Assembly (NCBI GenBank): GCA_029260265.1
Contig: JAJDDO010000023.1
Location: forward strand, 8,418 to 40,417
Direction of reading: 5' to 3'
Origin: Phycisphaerales bacterium
GTDB taxonomy: Bacteria > Planctomycetota > Phycisphaerae > Phycisphaerales > UBA1924
DNA: 32,000 nt
Part shown: in pieces, positions 6,983 through 14,478 of the stretch
How the letters are laid out: each line of letters begins with the position of its first letter
How positions within the stretch are numbered: the stretch's first letter is position 1
Notes under the pieces: model-generated
What the model saw: the letters and a program-made list of their open reading frames with translations, nothing else
Told to the model about the DNA's origin: nothing
Database searches by the model: none
Made by a program: the position numbers and the translations under genes

Positions 6983-9511
6983 ATGCCTCAGGCGATTGAG
7001 CAAGTACTTCTGAACGCCCTCGCAGTGGTTGTATTGCTATCGCTGCTCTGGATGCTCTTTGGGGGTTGCTTGCCTTGGTTGCGTCACCGAGCAAGGGCGG
7101 GTAATGGACCAGTGTTGCTGTTCTATGGCTTGCTGGCGTTCATGATGGGGCTCTATGGATGGTCCGCGAATGGAACCGCTGAGGGATACATTGATGCGAT
7201 GTATTTATCAGTGCAGCATCTCTATCTGAATGCGCCCCAAGAAGGGGCAGATCATTGGGCTGTGCAGATATCGAGACTCTTTGCCATCGCATCAGTAGTG
7301 CTGATCGGTGCCGAGGTGATTCGGCGATTGTTTGAGGATTCAATACAGAGTTTGGCGCTCTTGCTGGCACGAAAGCGTGTGGTCATCATCGGGTTCGGCG
7401 ACACGGGTGCAACGCTGTTTCGAGAGATAGTGGAGATGAACAATCTACTTCCCGCCGAGTTCGCTGGAGTTCGCAAAAAACACATCGTTGTCATCGAGCT
7501 TGATGGTGGGAACGAACAGATCGGGACAGCGAAGACTCGTGGCGCGAGCGTGATCGTGGGAAACGGGCTAGATCGTGCAATCCTGAAGCGAGCGGGGGCT
7601 CATAGGGCAAGTTGTGTGTTTTTTACGATGGCATCCGATCAACGGAACACGGATGCCGTGGCAGCTATATCTGAGCTCAGGCGGGAGAGGCAGGTGCAGT
7701 CTCATGTATCGTGGTATGTTCATCTGCGGGACACTGGGTTGGAGCGTGTTTTGGCGCGTGTACTCAGAGTTAAAGGAGAAAGGAAGTGGGTTCATCTTCA
7801 AACTTTTAATGTGCTTGACCTCGCCGCCCGTGATGCTGTAGAGCAATGTTTGACGGATCTGAGGCCGGTCGAGGATCGGCAGGTGTTCCACTGTATCATC
7901 GTGGGCTTTGGCAAAATGGGACAGCTGCTTACACGCAGAATAGCAGAATCCGCACACTTTGAGAATCTGAAGCGGACTCGGATCACCGTTGTGTATTCGG
8001 CGAACGAACAGGATCAAATCTCGGATTTCTGCGGGCGGCACCCGGCAATCTTTGGTGAGCAGTGCGGTCATGATCCCTGGAATCCCAATCCCGATCGAGA
8101 CGAGTGGTCGTATGAGGAATCGGGATCAGGTGTGTCCTTCGTATGTAACGGCGGCTTTGTTCGTGATGGAGCCGCCCCGCGAAGTCGAGTATTCATGGAT
8201 CAGATCATGGCGGTAGCAAAGACCAATGGTGTGCTTCCAACGGTTTTCTTATGCGCCGATTCAAATGAGGATGACTCGGCGGCCTTTGCTCTGCGTACAG
8301 AACTCGATTCAAGGTTCAACGCCAACGATGCCCCCGGCGAACCCGCTCACCCAGTGCATATCTTCTCCTATATCCCAACCCGCCCCCCGATCGCGTACGC
8401 AACGGAGCGCCTGGGGCTGACCATGTTCGGAGCAGTTTCCACGGTGTGCACACTGGAAGCATTGGCGGGAAGTCTTGATCGAAAGCTCGCAGAAGCATTT
8501 GCACGACGATACAACGATCGAATGGCTCAAGAGCAGAGTGAATCAGATGATCTCGATGGGTGGGAGATCGCATCGAATCTTGCTGCAGCACGCCATGTGC
8601 ATGCGAAACTCGCGGTGCTTGGACTCTGTGTCAGTTCAGTTCGAGAGGGTTTCACTCCGACACCCATTGTGGTCGAGGTTTCCCAACAAAATGGAGGCGG
8701 ACCGGATCATTCTTTATCAACAACGCTGGCGAAGATGGAGCATAACCGTTGGATGGCGGAGCGTTTGATGGACGGTTGGCGATTTGGTCCTGGATCAAAC
8801 GAACTTCGGCTCCGTGCGTCCATGCTCGATTGGAGCAAGCTTCCAGAAGCGGAGCGTAAAACGGATCAAGATCAGATCAGCGAAGCCCTTCTTGTTTGCT
8901 CGGATTCAAATCGATTCGTGCTCAGTCAACGCGAGGCAAGGCTCAAGTGGGGCGCAGGACATGCTGCGTTGAGCTTCATGCAGGACCATCGCAAGCAGAG
9001 TTTGGTGATCGGATGGACCGGACCGCACAAGTTGGAGGACAAGGAAAATGGCAGGGATGCGTTGGGTGCTTTAATCGGGACATTGGGGAAATCCCAGCGA
9101 GCGAAGATCGGTGTCGCTGCTGAGATATCAGCGATTGGATCGATTGCAAATGATGTTGATCTGATGGTCATAGATATCCTTGTGGAGCAAGGTCTGCCGT
9201 ATGATTTAGAGTTGCCCATGCATACCCAACAGTCGGATAAGATCGAGAAAATGATCAAGGAAGCCCGGTCTGTGGAGCGGAAGAAACCAACGGTCGAGCA
9301 GGATCAGCAATGCAACCTGTTGGGAGAACAGATCGTGACTGCGTGCGATGTGCTCATTGCGGTATGGGACGGGGAGCCTTCGCGGGAAATGTGCGAAACG
9401 GCAGCGGCTGTTCGATTGGCTCGTTCAAAAGGGAAGCCTGTCATTACCATTTCTCCAGACGACGGATCTGCATGGTATCAAAAACCGGATCTTGGCGGTG
9501 GTGGTGCGTGA
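6983..9511 (+). CDS. Membrane protein: 3 TM / two TrkA-N-like Rossmann domains / RyR (ryanodine-receptor repeat) domain / C-terminal SLOG/LOG-like Rossmannoid domain
   Basis: The track ORF starts at 6929. I prefer the ATG at 6983, which has AAGGAG 6 nt upstream. Three hydrophobic helices sit at the N-terminus. The glycine loops are VVIIGFGDTGATL and CIIVGFGKMGQLL. The RyR signature is LAKMEHNRWMAERLMDGWRFGP...LDWSKLPEAERKTDQDQI. The C-terminal ~160 aa (SLVIGWTGPH...CDVLIAVWDGEPSREMCETAAAVRLARSKGKPVITI) resemble SLOG or nucleoside 2-deoxyribosyltransferase-like folds. Confidence 0.75.
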   Translation: MPQAIEQVLLNALAVVVLLSLLWMLFGGCLPWLRHRARAGNGPVLLFYGLLAFMMGLYGWSANGTAEGYIDAMYLSVQHLYLNAPQEGADHWAVQISRLFAIASVVLIGAEVIRRLFEDSIQSLALLLARKRVVIIGFGDTGATLFREIVEMNNLLPAEFAGVRKKHIVVIELDGGNEQIGTAKTRGASVIVGNGLDRAILKRAGAHRASCVFFTMASDQRNTDAVAAISELRRERQVQSHVSWYVHLRDTGLERVLARVLRVKGERKWVHLQTFNVLDLAARDAVEQCLTDLRPVEDRQVFHCIIVGFGKMGQLLTRRIAESAHFENLKRTRITVVYSANEQDQISDFCGRHPAIFGEQCGHDPWNPNPDRDEWSYEESGSGVSFVCNGGFVRDGAAPRSRVFMDQIMAVAKTNGVLPTVFLCADSNEDDSAAFALRTELDSRFNANDAPGEPAHPVHIFSYIPTRPPIAYATERLGLTMFGAVSTVCTLEALAGSLDRKLAEAFARRYNDRMAQEQSESDDLDGWEIASNLAAARHVHAKLAVLGLCVSSVREGFTPTPIVVEVSQQNGGGPDHSLSTTLAKMEHNRWMAERLMDGWRFGPGSNELRLRASMLDWSKLPEAERKTDQDQISEALLVCSDSNRFVLSQREARLKWGAGHAALSFMQDHRKQSLVIGWTGPHKLEDKENGRDALGALIGTLGKSQRAKIGVAAEISAIGSIANDVDLMVIDILVEQGLPYDLELPMHTQQSDKIEKMIKEARSVERKKPTVEQDQQCNLLGEQIVTACDVLIAVWDGEPSREMCETAAAVRLARSKGKPVITISPDDGSAWYQKPDLGGGGA

Positions 9512-9933
9512 GCGAGGGGCCGCGGTGTACACCACACTCTCGAAAGGAATAGAGTGTATTGCCGACGCGTCCATCAGTTTCCCTTGGTCGTCATTTGAAC
9601 TCGTATGACAGGCGAGTGGTAACGGATTGAGCATGATGCGGGATTGGGTTGATTCCGTTCGAAGAGCACACTGAATAGAAGTGGTGCGCTTCAATACCCA
9701 ATCGGATTTTCGTTCGAGGCGTGATTTCATGGATTGCCTGTCGTTGCTCCTGCTGACCGCCGGAGCACTGGTGTACAGAAGATCTCGGAATCCACGCAAA
9801 AACGCATCAAGGATTTTACATGCCACTCGTTGCTGAATCCGATTTTAAAAGTTGCTATATGTTCAAGATTGGCATCATGCGCATTTTTGTTCTGCGGCTA
9901 AGTGATTCGGCAGAAATGATTTAGGTATGTTTG

Positions 9934-9962
9934 TTGTGTCAAATCTCCTCAGTTGATATACT
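9934..9962 (+). promoter_or_regulatory. Candidate sigma70-like promoter for the TIR-STAND operon (TTGTGT-17 nt-TATACT)
   Basis: The candidate -35 is at 9934-9939 and the -10 at 9957-9962, with a 17-nt spacer. It sits in a stretch that I counted at 36% GC (43 G+C in 9841-9960). It lies about 25 nt upstream of the ATG at 9988, which is preceded by AGGGG. Promoter consensus in this lineage is not well defined. Confidence 0.25.
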
Positions 9963-9987
9963 ATTCAACGCGACAGCTTAGGGGCCA

Positions 9988-12900
9988 ATGAACATGGGGT
10001 CAGTCAACTTTATCCAGCCTGTCTATTGCCCGACATGCGGAGTGGTTGCGCGGGTACCAGTTCCTCAGGTAGGGTCGGTGGTCAGATGTTCACTATGCGC
10101 GTCGCAGATTACGGTGAATGCGGGAGAAGATGTCTTTGTTTCCTACTCTTCATGTGACGACGAACTGGCTCAATGCATTGCTGCTGAGCTTCATAAGAGA
10201 AACATTCGGTTCTGGCTGGCGCCCCATCTTATCAATCATGGAGAAGCATTTCCCGATCGTATTGAGAACGCTCTCCATCAGGCATCCGTAGTCATTGCGT
10301 TGGTAACGCAAGACGCTGTTGAGTCTCCGTGGGTTGGGCATGAACTTTCAATCGCGATCAGCGCCCGCAAGAAGGTTGTTCCGGTATTGTTCGACGATGT
10401 TGTCCTCCCGAGTGGGTGGGGTCTTCGTACTGTAGAATCGCAGCACATCTTGACCAATCGCGATTCTTTGAGTGATGCTTTGGCATCGCTGGCTTCAGAG
10501 GTTGCAAAGCAGTTGGGGCCCCAGGTCGCTCGGGAGTTGCGTGTTCCAGCAGCTCGGCAAATACAGCGGGCGATCACTCCTGTTGGGATTGACCGGAGTC
10601 TGAAACTCTTTGTGGGCCCTCAGCAGTACACCAGCGAGTATCGTGACAAGTTCTTCGGCCGCGAACTCGAACTCGCCGAGCTCATCCGGAGGCTCAAGGA
10701 TGAGCGAATCATTACAGTTGTTGCTCCGTCGGGTGCGGGGAAGAGTTCCTTGCTCGCCGCGGGGCTCGAGCCGGCGATCAAGGGTGAGGGTTGGCAAGTG
10801 ATATCCGGTGCACGCGTTGGACATCCGCCCGATCCCAATCTCCGCTTCCCTTTTAGCTCGGTGTCGAATGTGTTTACATTCTCCGCGATGCGTGGGGTAT
10901 CAGAGGCAACCGAGGGGATTGAAGAGGTCCGCAGTGGATTGACTGCTGGGCGATCAATCGCCGAATGCCTGAGGAGGTATCCGAGGCAATCGAATACGCG
11001 AAGGCTACTGATCCTGGATCAGTTCGAAGAGATATTCACGCAATACCGGCACCGGCATGAGCATCGTGTGGATTTTGGCACCCAGCTTGAGCAAGCTCAA
11101 CGAGAAGATCCCGATCTTACCATCCTGATTGCGATGCGCCAGGAGTATGTCGTTGATCTCAATCACCTCATGGAGTCGGTTCCGAAGGAGTTGAGATCCT
11201 CTCGATTCGAGCTCCGGCGGCTGGGCAACCAAACATTGGAAAGGGTGATCTCAGACATTGCTGCACCCCAAGCGAGATTTGCGAAAGGGGTAGCAAAGCG
11301 GATCATCGATGAGCTGAACACCATTCATGTTTTGACAGAGAATGGGGATGTTGAAACAAAGGCTGGCGAGTACATTGAGCTTGTTCATTTGCAAATTGTG
11401 TGTCAACATCTTTGGGAAACTCTTCGACCGGGGCAGGTCGTAATTGATCACCAAGATCTTGACAACGCGGCAGAGCAATCAGGACAGTTGAACTTTGATA
11501 TGTTCGTCCGCAGCGCTCTTAATCAGTTCTATGCAAAGACTGTTGCGGCGGTTGCAGGAAACCGTGGAAACACCGAGCCACGCGTGGGTGATGATATTGG
11601 GCAGCCTCAACCCGCAGATACTGTAAAAGCCTACCCAGAAGAGCTCATCAGGCTCGGGTGCCGAGGATTCGTCACCAGAGAGCATACACGGAGGCAAATC
11701 CACGAAGAGGGAGGCTATGTCGGAAGGCTTCCGAGTTGGGTGGTTCAGCAACTCGCCGATCGGTACCTTCTAAGGCTCGATACTGCGGGCTCGGTTCGGT
11801 ATTATGAGCTCTCACATGATCTTCTTGCGCCGATCGTCGCGAATCAGAGCGACCCACGGGCGGAGAACTTGCTCTATGCTGCCGAGTTACTCAAGAAACG
11901 ACTTGACGGAGTGTTGCTCAGCAGAAACGGGTCCCTCACAGGATGGTTCGAAGAAGCAGACGAACTGCTCACACAATGCGAAGTTTATCTCGATGCTCCA
12001 GGCTATCTGCTCAAAGATGAGTGTGAGATCCTCTTGCGAGCAAGCATCAAGTCCGGCAAAGAACTTGCACGATGGTCACAGCGTGTTTTCGAAGACGCCC
12101 CTGATCTTTACGAAGTTGTTCTACTTGATGCGATTGATGCGGACCAACCTGAGATCAGAAAGCATGTCATCTGGATGCTCAGGGACTGTCAAGATCCGGA
12201 TGTGGTTCCCAAACTTCTGGAGCTGCTCGTCAATGATGTCTCGCAGCCGGTCCGTTTCGAGGCGGCTCTCGCCCTGTTGAAAATTGATGATGAGCAACTC
12301 TTCGATGAACTCTTCCGCCGAAGCCGGAACGATCCATCAAACCAACAACTCTCCCGTGCTGTTGCGATGCTGCTCGCGTTAGCTGATGAGTTGGCTGAGT
12401 CGAAGTTCAATACTGCATTCGATGCCCTCCGCGGGCATGGGAGATGGAACATCCGAATCATGGCATGGGGAATTCGGATGCGCGAAGCGGTGGCGATTCT
12501 CCCCACAATTCTCTTGGTCACCGCGGTTTTTGCGGGCGGATTCGCGGCTTGCTACAAATGGATACCCGGCAACTACAACTGGGGACTGGTTCAAGCAAGC
12601 CCAGGGGCTTTCATGGGGGTTTTTCATGGGCTCATCGCGGGGACTATCTGGGGCGGTGGGATCTCGGCAGGTGTAGCGATCCATAGGCTTGTGTTCTTCC
12701 AAGCCCGGCATCGTACAGGAGTGCTGCGCCCATTCGGCTCGATCATCGCTGGGGGCGTTGCGGGTATTCTCAGCAGCATAGTGGTCGTGCTGGTCCTCAC
12801 CAATACATATGAACTTCCTTCTTTGGAACGCATGGGGTGGATAGGTTCCAGAGTAATCGAGACAGAAATCGAAGGCGGATCCACAAAGCTTGAAGTCTTT

Positions 12901-13356
12901 GTGCCAAGCCGCCTAGAAACCGAGTTCTACGCCGATTTATTCTTACATACAAGAATGGGTTGGGCACACCTCATCCTTGGCACTTTTCTCGGGATTGGAA
13001 TCGCGGCAACCACAAATAGTGCTCGTTCGAGCCCCGCTTGGGAGCGATTCCTAGATCAACAATCCGCATTCGTTGGACTCAGGCAGATCGCATTGAGTGC
13101 GAAGCAAATTTTCACACTCACGCTCCGTCATCTTTGGCCTGTGTTGATTACACAACTCATCGGCGGTCTGATTGTGTACAACCTGGTTCGCCCTGGGCTC
13201 GGTGCAAAGGGGCGGAACAACTCGCCGTTGTACGGAATTATTGGTGATGCGTCCACACAAGTGATCGGGACCCTTGGTGCGGTCGTTGGCTTAGGCGTTG
13301 TCACGATCATCATCAGGCACGGCATGGTCATCAAGCCGCGGAGCAAAGCCCGATGA
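9988..13356 (+). CDS. Zinc-ribbon / TIR / P-loop STAND NTPase / HEAT-repeat / ~6-TM protein (NLR-like)
   Basis: 1122-aa ORF with these elements in order:
- CPTCG...CSLCAS zinc ribbon (aa 14-38), MJ0042-like.
- TIR-like domain from DVFVSYSS (aa 48 to about 175), with the glutamate of ESPWVGHEL retained (nt 10342-10344).
- Walker A APSGAGKS (nt 10723-10746).
- Walker B LLILDQFEEIF.
- YYELSHDLLAPIV, typical of STAND winged-helix modules.
- HEAT-like repeats (PEIRKHVIWMLRDCQDPDVVPKLLELLVNDVSQPVRFEAALALLKI).
- About six Gly-rich hydrophobic helices (aa 834-1108). Confidence 0.85.
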   Translation: MNMGSVNFIQPVYCPTCGVVARVPVPQVGSVVRCSLCASQITVNAGEDVFVSYSSCDDELAQCIAAELHKRNIRFWLAPHLINHGEAFPDRIENALHQASVVIALVTQDAVESPWVGHELSIAISARKKVVPVLFDDVVLPSGWGLRTVESQHILTNRDSLSDALASLASEVAKQLGPQVARELRVPAARQIQRAITPVGIDRSLKLFVGPQQYTSEYRDKFFGRELELAELIRRLKDERIITVVAPSGAGKSSLLAAGLEPAIKGEGWQVISGARVGHPPDPNLRFPFSSVSNVFTFSAMRGVSEATEGIEEVRSGLTAGRSIAECLRRYPRQSNTRRLLILDQFEEIFTQYRHRHEHRVDFGTQLEQAQREDPDLTILIAMRQEYVVDLNHLMESVPKELRSSRFELRRLGNQTLERVISDIAAPQARFAKGVAKRIIDELNTIHVLTENGDVETKAGEYIELVHLQIVCQHLWETLRPGQVVIDHQDLDNAAEQSGQLNFDMFVRSALNQFYAKTVAAVAGNRGNTEPRVGDDIGQPQPADTVKAYPEELIRLGCRGFVTREHTRRQIHEEGGYVGRLPSWVVQQLADRYLLRLDTAGSVRYYELSHDLLAPIVANQSDPRAENLLYAAELLKKRLDGVLLSRNGSLTGWFEEADELLTQCEVYLDAPGYLLKDECEILLRASIKSGKELARWSQRVFEDAPDLYEVVLLDAIDADQPEIRKHVIWMLRDCQDPDVVPKLLELLVNDVSQPVRFEAALALLKIDDEQLFDELFRRSRNDPSNQQLSRAVAMLLALADELAESKFNTAFDALRGHGRWNIRIMAWGIRMREAVAILPTILLVTAVFAGGFAACYKWIPGNYNWGLVQASPGAFMGVFHGLIAGTIWGGGISAGVAIHRLVFFQARHRTGVLRPFGSIIAGGVAGILSSIVVVLVLTNTYELPSLERMGWIGSRVIETEIEGGSTKLEVFVPSRLETEFYADLFLHTRMGWAHLILGTFLGIGIAATTNSARSSPAWERFLDQQSAFVGLRQIALSAKQIFTLTLRHLWPVLITQLIGGLIVYNLVRPGLGAKGRNNSPLYGIIGDASTQVIGTLGAVVGLGVVTIIIRHGMVIKPRSKAR

Positions 13357-14333
13357 ATCCGCACTCGCGAGACCAACAAACTGGTTCAGTTCACGGTCAC
13401 CTGCCCGAAGAGGTGTTTCGTTTGATTGCCCACAGGCGGACTCTGCAAAGCGATGGAGTTCCGTCGGACGATGGATTCAAACTCGGGCTTGTTGTCGAGG
13501 GCGGTGGGATGCGAGCAGCGGGGTCTGCTGGTGCGGTGGTGGAGTTAGCTGAGCTTGATTGTGTTGATGTGTTCGACTCGGTGTACGCTACCTCTGCTGG
13601 GGTTATGAACGCGGCATATTTCCTGAGCGGGCAGCATCAGATGGGCATCACGATCTACTTTGACGATCTGACCAAGCGCCAGTTTATCAATCGTTTCCGA
13701 TTCTGGAGAATCATGGATTTGGATTGGGTGTTCCGTGAAGTGATTCAGCATTCCAAGCCGCTTGATGTGACCTCCATGCTCGATTCCAGACCAGAGTTTC
13801 ATGTTGCAGCGACTGACTTTGATTCGGGAGAGAGAACACTGATCAATGTGAAAGAGCCAACTGTTAACCCGTTGGCGGCATTAAAGGGAGCGATGGCCAT
13901 CCCGGTCCTCTACAACAAAGCAGTCGAGGTAGATGGGGCGAGACTCTTCGATGGTGGACTGCTCAATCCATTTCCAATAGCCGATGCCATCGATGCAGGT
14001 TGCACGCACATCCTGGTTCTGCTCAGCAGAGGAGCATCTTACCAAAGAGATGCCACGCACCCGTTGATGTCTATGCTGTTTGATTGGTACTTTGCCCGAG
14101 GAGCAAAGTGCCTTCGCGGCATGTTCCGCCGCTACCCTGAGCTCGACAGAGCAGCAAGAGATCTCGCGTTTGCCAGGAAGAGACTTCCAGATGGTGTCCA
14201 TATAGCGACAATTTGCCCACCATCAGATTGCCCGCTGCAGCGGAGTACTGTTGACAAGGAGCGATTGATCGCTGCGAGCCGCTTGTTTGGAAAAGAGATA
14301 AAACATTCGCTGGCGAAGATGTGTGAATCGTGA
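13353..14333 (+). CDS. Patatin-like phospholipase
   Basis: 326-aa ORF. The oxyanion motif is VVEGGGMRAA, the nucleophile elbow is YATSAGV (Ser81), and the catalytic Asp motif is LFDGGLLNPFP. Its ATG overlaps the upstream TGA (ATGA at 13353-13356), with GGAG at 13340-13343. Confidence 0.85.
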   Translation: MNPHSRDQQTGSVHGHLPEEVFRLIAHRRTLQSDGVPSDDGFKLGLVVEGGGMRAAGSAGAVVELAELDCVDVFDSVYATSAGVMNAAYFLSGQHQMGITIYFDDLTKRQFINRFRFWRIMDLDWVFREVIQHSKPLDVTSMLDSRPEFHVAATDFDSGERTLINVKEPTVNPLAALKGAMAIPVLYNKAVEVDGARLFDGGLLNPFPIADAIDAGCTHILVLLSRGASYQRDATHPLMSMLFDWYFARGAKCLRGMFRRYPELDRAARDLAFARKRLPDGVHIATICPPSDCPLQRSTVDKERLIAASRLFGKEIKHSLAKMCES

Positions 14334-14341
14334 GCGCGTTC

Positions 14342-14360
14342 AATCCCGGAGGCGGGATTT
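14342..14360 (+). terminator. Candidate intrinsic terminator after the patatin gene
   Basis: AATCCCG-gagg-CGGGATT is a 7-bp stem with a 4-nt loop. It starts 9 nt after the stop codon and is followed by TTCTGCT, so the U-tract is short and imperfect. Confidence 0.4.
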
Positions 14361-14478
14361 CTGCTAAAATCGAAACGGCTCAAGAATGATTGCTTGCCAT
14401 AGCTTTGGATACATATCGCAACTCAGCTTGGCAGCGGATCGTAATTGAATACAATGCGTGTTCTAAAGGGGTACAGCG

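Noticed and set aside
9425-9826. 133-aa minus-strand ORF that fills part of the spacer between the RyR gene and the TIR-STAND gene
   Set aside because: - Its composition is rich in R, S, T and C.
- It has no recognisable motif.
- It has no Shine-Dalgarno.
- It overlaps the 3' end of the plus-strand gene.
It looks like a chance ORF.
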